Source: Octopus sinensis
Taxonomy: Eukaryota
NCBI RefSeq assembly: GCF_006345805.1
Contig: NC_043007.1
Coordinates: 74,338,001-74,402,000 of the forward strand
DNA length: 64,000 bases
Direction of reading: 5' to 3'
How positions within the stretch are numbered: position 1 is the stretch's first letter; each line of letters starts with the position of its first letter. Positions 24,407 through 37,141 of the stretch are shown here, piece by piece. The notes under the pieces were generated by a model. That model searched no databases. It had not been told where the DNA came from and saw only the letters and a list, made by a program, of their open reading frames with translations. The position numbers and the translations under genes were made by a program.

Positions 24407-24783
24407 CAGTAGTATGTGATCTACAGCAACTTAAATCTAGACTAGCTTGTGATCTACATTCAAAATTTTATTATAAATTTGCAATTATAATTAGAGGAGT
24501 GAATTAAATATTTATATCTCCATGTTCACCAAGGTGTTCATAGCATCGGAGAAATTCATCTCGAATAATCTGTGTGTAAAATTCTTTTGCTCTCATCATG
24601 ACTTCTTTCAATTGGCTCAGGACTAAAAGAGTTTAGATCATGAAAGTTTTTTAGGTTTATTTACCAAATCAACCAGAAGTCGAGTAAATCAAAAAGTTGG
24701 TGAAGATCACAAACTATACCATTTGAACTAATGAAGATCGCAAGCTATACTGGAAACATGTATGTAGATCGCATACTACACTG
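24407..24783. mobile_element. Unclassified TIR DNA transposon remnant
   Basis: Ends cagtagtatgtgatctaca / tgtagatcgcatactacactg; adjoins a truncated family C SINE. Confidence 0.55.
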
Positions 24784-25499
24784 GTACCTATATATTATAC
24801 ATATTCTTTTATTTGTTTCAGTCATTTGACTGTGGCCATGATGGAGCACCACCTTTTCCATATACATATATATCATCATCATCATCATCATCGTTTGACA
24901 ACCGCTTTCCATGCTAGCATGGGTATGATGATTTTGACTGAGGGCTGGCGAACCAGATGTCTTCACCAGGCTCCACTCTTGATCTGGCAGAGTTTCTACA
25001 GCTGGATGCCCTTCCTAATGCCAACCACTCCGAGAGTATATATGTATATACATACATATATACAACAGATTTCTTTCAAATCCACTCACAAGGCTTTAGT
25101 CAACCTGAGGCTATAGTAGAAAGCACTCGCCCAAGGTGCTATGCAGTAGAACTGAACCCGGAACCATGTGGTTGGGAAGCAAGCTTCTTACCAAACATCA
25201 CTCCTGCACTTATGAAAAGCTTCTTGTTACAATTTCTTTCCTGAGCATCATCAAGTTACCTTCACTTAAAATATCTTAATGCCATGAAACACCACCATAT
25301 TGTTCCACACTTAAAATATCTCCAACTTAATTCAGAGAGTTCTAGCACTTTTACAAATATTTGGAGCAATTTGCAAATTTGTCCATTCTACAAAGAAGTA
25401 TCAGACTCTAGAAAAATAGTGACAATTGTCAACACAATAAAGGAATTTTAATAGTGTATCATCCAGTGTTTTCATTGCTATTTTATCTATGAACATTGG

Positions 25500-25908
25500 T
25501 TTACTCTTTTACTTGTTTCAGTCATGTGAGTTTGGCCATGCTGGAGCACCATCTTTAGCTGAGCAAATTAACCTCAGGACTTATTCTTTGTAAGCCTAGT
25601 ACTTATTCTATCGGTCTCTTTTGCCAAACCACTAAGTTCTGGGGACGTAAACACAACAACATCGGTTGTCAAGCAATATTGGGGGGACAAACACAGACGC
25701 ACAAATATAAACACACACATACATATATATGTATACATATATACAACGGGCTTCTTTCAGTTTCCGTCTACCAGATTCACTTACAAGGCTTTGGTTGGCT
25801 CAAGGCTATAGTAGAAGACACTTGCCCAAGGTGCCACGCAGTGGGACTGAACCCGGAACCATGAGGTTCGTAAGCAAGCTTCTTACCACACAGCCACTCC
25901 TATGCCTA
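25500..25908 (-). mobile_element. SINE family A
   Basis: Reverse complement of 4175-4578. Confidence 0.85.
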
Positions 25909-26234
25909 TTCTCTTTTCTAATTTCTATTTGGGACTCCTCAGATTCTAGAAAAGCTGGTTTTGATTTCCTCAACCTAAGCATGGCTGTGTGTTTTAGACA
26001 CTTGTTTCCCAACTATGTAGCAAGCGCAAGTGAGACCATAACCTTGTGGCCTATGCCAGGAGTGTAACCAGTCCACTTATGTGTGCTTTTCCTTCATTGG
26101 ACACTAAACTCTGCTTGCGAAGACTTGTTGAGGCAAGTGAAATCGAAATTGAAATCAAATTCGATGACTGTCATTCATGCTAGTGGAGCACTAAGAGCAC
26201 CATACAAGTGAGATCGGGGCCAGAGCAACAAATG

Positions 26235-26403
26235 CACGTTCCCACGGCTTTATCGATTACATTCTCACCTGGAATCGATTTTTGTAATTTTTTCAAGACT
26301 TATACATGCCCTGATACCGTTGGTATCTATATATCAAATTTGAGCGAAATTGGATACTAGAAGACACACACACAAACAGACACGATGGATTTCATTTAAT
26401 AGA
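26235..26403 (-). mobile_element. Helitron-like 5' fragment
   Basis: Reverse complement of ~6848-7040. Confidence 0.6.
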
Positions 26404-26458
26404 TAATATTACAATGTATATATATGTGTTGGATGGCTTGACAGGAGCTGATCACCTG

Positions 26459-26570
26459 GAGAGCTGTCCAGTTAGGGAGCTGTTCAGTCAGGCTGCTGTC
26501 CAATCAGGGAGCTGTTCAGTCAGGGAGCTGTCCAATCAGGGAGCTGTTCAGTCAGGGAGCTGTCCAGCTC
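26459..26570. repeat. 16-bp minisatellite (~7 units) inside a family C SINE
   Basis: Alternating gggagctgttcagtca / gggagctgtccaatca. Confidence 0.85.
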
Positions 26571-26993
26571 CACTTGTTTGTTGTGGCATGGCTTCTATGG
26601 CTGGATGCCCTTCCTAATGCCAACCACTTTACAGAGAATGCTAGTTTCTTTTTACGTGCCACTGGCAACACCAGCACAGGTGCATTTTGTGTGGTGCTGG
26701 GCGCTTTGTATGTGGCACTGCAGCATCAGCAAAAGAGCATTTTGTGTGACACCAGCACCTGTAAAGGAAACGCCTGTATGTATTGATGACAGCAATTTTA
26801 CTTAGCTTGACAAATCTCATGTACAACAAATCACCACAACTCCTGGTCTCTTGTCATTTCCTCAATGAGATCCAGCGTCTGAAGATCCTTTCTCACCACT
26901 TCATCTCACACACTCCTGGGTCTACCCCTTCCACAGGTTCCCTTCGCTGTTAGAGCTCAGCATTTCTTTATGGAATTGTCCTCATGTGTATAC

Positions 26994-27028
<35 letters not shown>

Positions 27029-28001
27029 CACACACATGCACGCACACACACACACATGTCAGCAAAGTATTGACTATATATAATTGTTCTTCTATTACAT
27101 GAAATTTTATTGGCAGTGACTCAATAATTGAATAAATAAATGAAAAAAATGTGTGTTATTTCTTACAACATTCTATAGTGAATGCTTTCCATAGCTAAAT
27201 ACCATATTTACACACACACACACACACATAACTGTGTCAAGAATGTAGCTTCTCTGTTGGATAAATAGTAATTTTGTTGTTCCCAATGTTGTTTTGTATC
27301 ACGATTCATTGTTTGTATGAAGCTAAATATTATTCATTTGTAAAAATAGCTCCCTCACAATTTTATCCTTGAAAGGTATTTTCTCCGGCATTGTTCAGAT
27401 TTAGCTGATATTTCTAACACATCACTCTTTATACAAAGAGAATTTGATATCAAGCAGTCTTTAGATTTATTCTAACAAGCGCACATGAGACATAAAGATA
27501 ATACCAGCATTATCTTCCAGTCTGGAAGAACAAATATATAAATCCCATAAAATGTTAACTAAGAAAAAAGCCTATGTACTTTAAACATCTTTTTTTTTTT
27601 TTGTTTTTCTCGAGAAGTACAAGTATGACTATTATGATTTTCCATTTATGAATATCTGAGTCCATTTGTATGAAACAATTGTTTAGCAATATGAAAAATA
27701 AAATCTATAATCCATCTTAAAAATATTATTATTATTTAACATCTAATCTTCATTACATAAATATGAATGAAATTGTTGGACTTTGTTTAATAAGTTATGT
27801 CCTATACTGATTATTTCAATACAAGCTTTCATACCTATATGAATTTTTTTATAAAAAATATTCAAAAGTATGAAGAAAAGACATTAGAAATCTTAGGAAA
27901 AAATTCCAATTCAAAGACAAACATACATTCATCCGATTAAATATATATATACAATATATATATACACCCTTTATATTATATATATATATATAATATATAT
28001 A

Positions 28002-28046
<45 letters not shown>

Positions 28047-28047
<1 letters not shown>

Positions 28048-28457
28048 ATAATAAAGGGTGAAACCAATTAATTAATTTAGAAATAATCATTAAGTTCACC
28101 AAGTAGAGTTTGGCATGTAAAAGACCCATTCAAGGAAGGTTTAAGTAATACTAAATGATTAAGGGTTCAGCAACGATTTGCCTCACCACATACCGAATTT
28201 AGAAATAGCAGTCAAAAAGTTTTGGCTATTCTTTCTACTTAAAAGGGAGATCCCAGTAAAACCAAAGCACTTAAAAAACAAACGACGCAGGCAAAAGAGA
28301 AAGAAATGACGAAAATCATTCTATATTAAGTTACCTACGGATGCACGTTTCGGAATTAAGTCATTGCTAGAAAGAATAGCCAAAACTTTTTGACTGCTAT
28401 TTCTAAATTCGGTATGTGGTGAGGCAAATCGTTGCTGAACCCTTAATCACTTAGTAT
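28047..28457. mobile_element. Fold-back element (90-bp arms, 130-bp spacer, asymmetric extension) within (TA)n; PLE-like
   Basis: Arms 28148-28237 and 28368-28457. Extension 28047-28147 is homologous to the reverse complement of 2417-2507. The spacer carries cgaaacgtgcatccgta on the minus strand. Confidence 0.7.
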
Positions 28458-28494
28458 ATATATATATATATATTATATATATATATATATATAT

Positions 28495-28990
28495 ACAGGG
28501 TGTGGTGAATAAATTGTCGTCTAAATTATGCAAAATTGAAAATAACACTGACATCTCATTTTAACAGATATATTTACCGAAATTACATAAGAATATCATG
28601 AAATACTAAAGGGTAAATTTATTCAATAAAATCGCCATTGGCTTCAACCACTATCTCCAGACAACTTGGGAATCTCCTACAACTCTTCTGGATGGTTTCC
28701 TTGTTTAAGTTGGTGAATGCTGCCATAATCCATCATCAGTTCATCTTTGGTGTTACAAGGAGTTTTGTTGATCCCTTACTCAACTGCACCCCAAACATAA
28801 TAATCAAAGGGTTGCAGTCTGGGGAGTTAGGTGGCCAGATGTTAGGGGTGATGTGGTTGCAGAAATTGTCTGACAGTCATGACTGGGTTCTCTTGCTTGT
28901 GTGACATGGTGAAGAGTCCTTTTGCCAGACATAGGGTCTTCCAGCAGCCCCCTTTTGACCCAGGGTAGCATTACCTCCTCCAAACACTTG
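28495..28990 (-). pseudogene. Tc1/mariner-superfamily transposase 3' remnant with one TIR
   Basis: Minus strand DSSPCHTSKRTQS*LSDNF...WPPNSPDCNPL (WPPNSPDLNP motif); terminus TA|cagggtgt. Confidence 0.8.
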
Positions 28991-29343
28991 ATATAGGCCT
29001 CAGTGTTGAGTATGGGGCTGTGTTGAAAGGTGAATGGACACTCAGGACATTCATAAAGAAAAGATATAGATATAGTCTTACAGCTGTTTCTGGGATATTA
29101 TGGACATCCCTTCATCTTTGGGTCTTCTAAATAACCAATACCTCTTATATATATAACTAATGATATGTGGCAGTGCAACAAGCTTCTTTCAGTTTCCATC
29201 TACCAAATCCATGCGCAAGGCTTTGGTCAACCTGAAGCTGTAGTTGAAGACATTTGCCCAAGGTGCCACGCAGTTGGACTGAACCCAGAACCATGTAATT
29301 GGGAAGCAAAGTTTATAACACACTGCCATAGTATCTATTCTAG

Positions 29344-31770
29344 AAATGAAGAAACTCATTAATAGGAAATGGAAGGTCATAGCATTGGTACTGTGGACAA
29401 AATCATACAAGTTAATGAGGAGAATCTTGTGGGAATGTATGAAATAAAGGGCTAAAATACCTATTTCTTTACTACCCACAAGGGGCTAAACACAGAGAGG
29501 ACAAACAAGGACAGACAGATGGATTAAGTCGATTATATTGATCCCAGTGCATTACTGTTACTTCTTTAATCGACCCCGAAAGGATGAAAGGCAAAGTCAA
29601 CTTTGGCGGAATTTGAACTCAGAACATAACGGCAGGCGAAATACTGCTACGCATTTCGCCCAGCGTGCTAACGTTTCTGCCAGTTCATCATCTATAAAGA
29701 GCTAAAATACCTTGGCTGTGGTTATAGAAAGATATTAGTTTATTGGTTATGAATTCAACAAAAAATTGGTACTGAGCTGCAGAAATGGCAGCAGTTAAGA
29801 AATTTGTTTTGCTTTTTACCTGAAGTGCCGCTAATAGAACCATCTTCATTAAGGAGTAGCGGATATGAAAATTCTTCTAAGTTAATAAGTGATCCACTTG
29901 GCAAGAAGCCAGGAGGCTCTGCTACAATTTGGGAGACAAAATTAAAGGAAAGAATGAAATCCTATCATCTATAGTGGTGTGTGTATATGTTTATGCATTT
30001 GTGTGTGTGTGTGGTTACAAGCCACAGTGAGAATGTTATTAATTAACAGATGCTTATTAATTTACATAAAGGTTTAAAGTGAGATTTGATATTCTAATTA
30101 AGTCAAATTAGCTGAAGGCATGGCTGCATGGTAAGAAGTTTGCTTTCCAGCCACTTGGATCTTGGTTCAATCCCACTGAATTGTCTTCAGCATGTGTCTT
30201 TTACTATAGTTTTGGGCCAACCAAAACCTGGTGTGTTTATGTCTCTGTAACTTAGTGATTTGGCAAAAGAGACCGATAGAATAAGTACTGGGCTTATAAA
30301 GAATAAGTCCTGGGGTCAATTTGCTTGACTAAAGGCGATGCTCCAGTATGGCCACAGTCAAATAATTAAAACAAGTAAAAGAGTAAAAAAGTAACTGACA
30401 CTGTTGGTTATAACAATGAGGGTTCCAGTTAATCCAATCAACAGAACAACCAGCTCATGAAATTAACATGCAACTAGCTGAGCACTCCACAAACATGCAT
30501 ACCCGTAATGGGAGATTCAGCGTGATAAAGAATATGGCAAGGCTGGCCCTTTTGAATTACAGGTACAACTCATTTTTGTCAGCTGAAGGGTCTGGAGCAA
30601 TGTGAAATGAAGTGTCATCCCCAAGGACACAATGTGCTGCCAAGAATCAAACTCAATGACCATATGAGTATGAGGCAAGTACCCTAACCACTGAGCCACG
30701 CGCCATTCTAGGAAATATAATTATTTCTACTCTAGGCACAAGGCCTTGAAAATTTTGGTGGAAAGGGATCTAGTCAATTACATCAGCCCCGGTGTATAAC
30801 TGGTACTTATCTCATTGACCACGAAAGGATGAAAGGCAAAGTTGACCTCAGCGGAATTTGAACTCAGAACATAGTGGCAGATGAAATACTGCTAAACATT
30901 TCATCTGGCATGCTAACAATTCTGCCAACTTGCCACCTCTCAAAGAAAATATAATACAATGGTACATCGACCCCGGTGTGTAACTGGTACTTATCTCATT
31001 GACCCCGAAAGGATGAAAGCCAAAGTTGACCTCAGTGGAATTTGAACTCAGAACATAGCGGCAGATGAAATACTACTAAACATTTCACCTGGCGTGCTAA
31101 CAATTCTGCCAGCTTGCCACCCCTCAAAGAAAATATAATACAATGGTAAATATGTAAGGTATCAAGAAAACATGCTGCATGATGTGGGTCCATTTATACC
31201 TCTTTTATCACCAGAGATGACAGGTTCTTAGTATTTGAACCTTTGGTTTTATTTAGTGGTTGATATGTATTACCAGTTAAAGACAGGAATTGGCAGAAAT
31301 ATAGATTCATGACATACAAATAGCACGATAGTTAGTCTTGAAGCAATCTAAACAATTTTAGGCATGCTGGGGGTGTGGCCTCAAAATTTGATATGCCCTA
31401 ATATAAAGGCATAAACTATAACAAGAGATCTTGTTAAAGAAAATGTAATATAATGGTAATTATGTGTCAAAAGTGAGCTGCCGTTACATTCTGAGTTCAA
31501 ATTCCGCCAAGGTTGACCTTGCCTTTCATCCTTTCGGGGGTCGATTAAATAAGCACCAGTTGCACACTGGGGTCGATATAATCAACTTAATCCGTCTGTC
31601 TGTCCTTGTTTGTCCTCTCTGTGTTTAGTCCCTTGTGGGTAGGAAAGAAATAGGTATTTTAGCCCTTTATTTCATACATTCTCAGAAGATTCTCCTCATT
31701 AACTTGTATGATTTTGTCCATAGTACCAATGCTATGACCTTCCATTTCCTATTAATGAGTTTCTTCATTT
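29344..31770. repeat. Inverted duplication, ~290-bp arms around a ~1.8-kb spacer
   Basis: 29344-29635 is the reverse complement of 31478-31770, including ~115 bp of non-SINE flank plus most of a family B SINE. Confidence 0.85.
30781..31148. repeat. 184-bp direct tandem duplication (SINE piece plus flank)
   Basis: 30781-30964 matches 30965-31148. Confidence 0.85.
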
Positions 31771-31959
31771 TTAACTTTTAACACATTCTGGTTTACCACC
31801 CGATGTATGCCCAAAGTTATGTACTGTAGCTTTGAATTGTGACTTGGCACGAAATGAGAGTTTTAGCCTATGTGACAATGGACAGATATGGAAAAAAGAT
31901 ACCAGCTGGTCTGTGGCTAGTGTCCTCACAACAGGTAGCAATGGATAAGCTTCGAGTAA

Positions 31960-32378
31960 CTAAATAAGAACAATCCACCATTCTCTACATACCATCATGA
32001 TAGGCTTAAATCTTGATTCAAATTAATGTTCTTAAATGTCCAAAGTTTATGCAACAAGATTCACCTTTTTGACTCTTACATCAAAATCAAAAAACAACAT
32101 GCTATCCACAACTTTTGGAAACATTTTTTCACGCTCAGAATTTCTGAAGTATGGAATAAACTACCTGCATCAGTTGTTAGCTTTTAAGACACTACATCCT
32201 TCAAAACTTTCATGCTTCCTGAAATTTGCCAACAGTACATCTGATACCTCACATCCCCATTTTTTTTAATGACTTATTCACTGTCACTTCCTGTGAATAT
32301 TCTACATACTGTTCATTTAGTTTTGGTTACTAACGAGTTGTAGTGCACCTGAGTACTGTATACAATAAGTTCATTATA
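31960..32378 (+). mobile_element. Degraded CR1 3' end
   Basis: FWKHFFTLRISEVWNKLPASVV and the same 3' tail as 18964-19463. Confidence 0.75.
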
Positions 32379-33013
32379 TCCTTATATATATATATATATA
32401 TAAAGGCACTTTATAGCTGGTTATTTGCCTTTCTTCAGATATTAGTTTCAAATTTTGGCACAAAGCCAGCCATTTCAGAGGGAGGGGGATAAATTGATTA
32501 CATCAGCCCCAGTACTAAACTGGTACTTATTTTATCAACCCCCCAAAAATGAAAGGTAAAGTTAACATCAGTGAAATTTGAACTCGGAACATAAAGATGA
32601 ACAAAATGGTGCTAAGCATTTTGCCAGGTGTGCTAATGACTATGCCAACTCACTGTCTTAGGTTTTCTTTGGTATCAAATTTTGGTACAAGGCCAGTAAG
32701 GTCAAAGATGAAGGCAAGTTGATTACATCAACCAAGATCTCAACTAGTATTTATTTTATCGACTCCAATAGGACGAAAGGTAAAGTTGACCTTGGCAGAC
32801 TTTGAACTCAGGATTTAAGAAGAGACGAAATGATGCCAAGCATTTCGCCTGGCAGGCTTACATTTCTCTGCCATTTTGCTGCCTTTAGGTTTTCTTTAGA
32901 CATTTATGTTTACTAATTGTTATTTGCAGGTCTGTCCCAACATATCTTCTCTCTCTTTCCCATCAGAGATTGTCAGGTATCTCTTCAACAGTAAGACACC
33001 TGTTTCTGTCCCC

Positions 33014-33715
33014 TCTATCATACATTAATCACTTATCAACTGGCCCAAAGTCCTCTCCCTCAATGCTGCTCCACAACCCCTTAGTTGAAGACTTCCTTTC
33101 TTGCAAGTTATCTGGTGACCTCATAAGTGCCAGTGTCAAACAATAAGCAGTGTCTGTAGCGTGGTTGGAATTAGGAAGGGCATCCAGCCATAGAAACCAT
33201 TCCAAAGTAGACAGTAAAGTTTGGTGCAGTCCTTTAGCACCTCCTTTTAAACCATCCAACCAATGCAAGCATGGAAAATGGACAGAAATTGGTGATGATG
33301 ATTAAAGATAGCAGATACTCTTTGTCATATTCTGTGTGCTTGCAGTGGAAAAGACTGAAGCATTGTATTTTGTTAATTTTATTTTCAATAACTAATGAAA
33401 GTGTCTCTACTCCATTTTCCATCATTTCATAATAAAAAATACTTTACTGTAACTTTATAATGTTGGATGGTTTAAAAGGAGGTGCTAAAGGACTGTACCA
33501 AACTTTATTGTCTACTTTGGAATGTTTTCTATGGCTGGATGCCCTTCCTAATTCCAACCACTCTACAGAGTATACTGCATGCTTATTGTTTGACACTGGC
33601 ACTTATGAGGTCACCAGATAACTTGCAAGAAAGGAAGTCTTCAACTAAGGGGGTGTGGAGCAGCATTGAGGGAGAGGACTTTGGGCCAGTTGATAAGTGA
33701 TTAATGTATGATAGA
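33014..33715. repeat. Inverted duplication, ~250-bp arms around a ~200-bp spacer
   Basis: 33014-33260 is the reverse complement of 33462-33715. ORFs 33029..33268(-) and 33482..33700(+) share a near-identical C-terminus. Confidence 0.9.
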
Positions 33716-34074
33716 TATTATTAAAATCATTGAAACTGTATAGATTGCAAACTTAAGTAAGAAATATAATTTTGATAAGCATGAGAGCAGGCATGGCTGT
33801 GTGGTTAAGAAGCTCATTTGGCAATCATGTGGTTTTGAGTTCAGTACCACAGTGCAGCACCTTGGGCAAGTGTCTTCTATTATAGCTCTAGGCCGAGCAA
33901 TGCTTTGTGAGTGAATTTGGTGGTGGAAAGTGTGTAAGTGGAGGCGCATGGCTTAGTGGTTAGGGTGTTGAACTCATGATCGTAAGGTTGTGGTTTCAAT
34001 TCCTGGACCGGGCAATGCGTTGTTTTCTTGAGCAAAATACTTCATTTCATGTTGCTCCAAAAGAAAAAAAAAGA

Positions 34075-34457
34075 CGGCAAGGACGCCAGGCGAAATGCTT
34101 AGCGGTATTTCGTCTGCCACTACATTCTGAGTTCAAATTCCACTGAGGTCGACTTTGCCTGTCATCCTTTTGGGGTCGATTAAATAAGTACCAGTTACGC
34201 TCTGGGGTTGATATAATTGACTTAATCCGTTTGTCCTCTCTGTGTTTAGCCCCTTGTGGGTAGTAAAGAAATAGGTATTTCGTCTGTCGTTACGTTGTGA
34301 GTTCAAATTCCACTGAGGTTGAATTTGCCTTTCATCCTTTCCGGGTCGATAAATTAAGTACCAGTTACGCACTGGGGTCAATGTAATCAACTTAATCCCT
34401 TTGTCTGTCCTTGTTTGTCCACTCTATGTTGAGCTCATTGTGGGCAATAAAGAAATA
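34075..34457 (+). mobile_element. Dimeric SINE family B (second locus), within a family A-type SINE
   Basis: Same junction gaaata|ggtatttcgtctg as the dimer at 16583; followed by ggaaactgtgtagaagc. Confidence 0.8.
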
Positions 34458-37090
34458 GGAAACTGTGTAGAAGCTTATCATACACGCATACATGTGAGTA
34501 TCTTTCTGTGTTTCACCATTCCATCACTTGATAACTAGTGTTAGTTTGTTTATATCTCTGTAACACTGTGGTTTGGCAAAATAAACTGGTAGAATGAGTT
34601 CTAGACTTAAAAACAAAAATAAGTACCAGGGATGATTTATTTGATTAAAGTCGTTTGAGACAGTGCCCAGCATGGCCACATTCCAATGACTGAAACAAGT
34701 AAAAGCTAAGTTTCAACTCTTATTTTTTCCCCTTAAATCCTCAAACAAAAATAATTCTATAGATCATTTATATTAATTCTAACTTTTTCTTGATATAGTG
34801 ATCTTAAATACACACCACTACCCTTAAGGACTACAAAAAACATATAAATTTCTAACATAAGGTCAAAATCTCAAATTATAACTGAGCAGAATTTTCTGAC
34901 TTGCACTGATTTAAGACAAAGTTGACCTCGTGAATTCGAAATGAAAACGGGAAAAATGTAACTAAATTCCTCATATTTTATCCGACGCTTAACTACACAA
35001 TTGCCCTAAAGACACTAAATATAACTAATTATATCTAAACTAGTAGAACTTGGAGTTGACGTAAAATCTTTAACCATTAATCTCCATTTTTTTTTTGTTA
35101 TTGTAAATTAAGGCGTATTTTCCATATTCTAGAAGAGTATAGCTTACAAAAAAGGAATAAACGAAGACAAAAATTAAAGTCTATGTGAATTCCAGAGTAT
35201 TTCATAGTTTGTGAGGAGGAAACTTAAAATTAAGAAATATATATAGAAAAAATTATTGTCTTCGGGCAAAAATGTTCCTGAAATGGTTAATCTTTTACAC
35301 CGATTGGAAAATATTTACTGCAACGTATTAAAAACAAAAGCAAAAAAAAAAGCAAAAAAAATAAAAATTGCTATCCGTTTAAGACCAAACACCTAAATAT
35401 GTATTAAGTTTTCAATGTTGGCGAAACTATTCCAAGCGAAAATGTGCCAGAAGTCAAACTGAATAGAATGAAAAAGTTCTCAAGTCAAAGAATAGCAGAT
35501 TTTTCATTCGTAGTAAATGAATTTTCTAACAGAAAGTTCTTGTTCGAAAAATTGCCAACTTTCCTGGCGTCTCTTCAAAAGTTATATTCTTATAACTAGT
35601 TGAGGCAGATGTTTTGAAGTTTTAAGTTTTGCCTGTTGCTGGGATGGTACGTCTACTAAATTGCAAATATCGAACAGATACGTTTAGATATTCAACATCA
35701 AATTCTAATAATCATTATACACCGAGAGAAATAGAAACACACTAAAAAACATGATATCTAATGAAATATTTAATGAAGAATCTAGTAAAATTCTAACGTC
35801 ATTATTATAAGTATTAATAATAACTCCCAAAAGAGATAAAAAGAAAAGTGTGGACTGCTGTATAGGAAGATAAGTTTAGATGGTTATGGGAGAAGAGATA
35901 ATTCTTGGAGAGATGTAGAGGAGCTCTTTAGGTTTTAAAGAGTATTTCTAGTGTAAGTCTCTTCTGTTTGAAGAGTTCAATAGTAAGAGGTCAACTCAAG
36001 CGGAGCTCTCTCCAACATGCTCAACAATCACTTTTCGTAAGTAAACCCTCTTCAATTATTATTCAATCGCCTTGCAATTTATATAGTATATCATCCTTAT
36101 TATTTATCTCATCTTTTGCTTTGCCCCCTGACATTTAGTCTCCATGCAATCATTAACTTTTAATAAACTTTTGATGCTAAAATTTCTTACATCAACCGTC
36201 AGTTTCTCTCCATTACAGAATTAGACCTCTATCATATATACATATATATATATTATTTTCACGGATTTATATTTTACTTTATAGTTTAACCAACGTTAAT
36301 GATGGTTTAATAATAATGATTATTATTATTGTATCATATAATCATTCCTTTTTCTTCCTGTGTTGTATTTGTAGTATATATAATAGGCGTTACCTTTTGC
36401 TCATCATCGTAGTAACGCAACTAATGATGGTGATGCTGTTGTGCTGTCCCACCTTAGCCATAACTAAACACAGCAGTTAAAAATCAGTGTGTATATATTC
36501 AAAATATATATTTCATAAATAAATATACCTATATATATATACATATATATATATATACACATACACACAAATGTATATACAACGTAGTGTTTGTCTCTCT
36601 CCCCATCTCACTAAGGTTATTTGGTATCATCAGCTTCGATAGACTGATAGCCATACCCGTGATAGAATTCAAACGAATATATGCATAATATATATAATCA
36701 TTTATAAATATACTTTGGCTGCAATTTGTCGTTATAGTAGAAGTGTTTTGTTTTGAAAAATCTCTGTTTCGCAATTTATTTAAGAAATCCTACTTTATTT
36801 TAGGCTGCCATCTGATTTTTTTTGTTTTTTGTGATCGACTCTACATACATCTCACAGTTAATATTATCGTTGACAATCTGATTTGTTTCGATTTACTTTA
36901 GTAGAAATTACATTTTCACCTAGTGTATTTATATTTTACGAAACTTTATTATATCGTCTCCTCCCCCCACGTTATTAATTGTAATATTTTAAGCAAAACG
37001 CCACAAAAGTATTCGTGTATGTGTGTATACACACATCTATCTATCTATCTATCTATCTATCTACCTATCATCTATCTACCTACCTACCTA

Positions 37091-37141
<51 letters not shown>

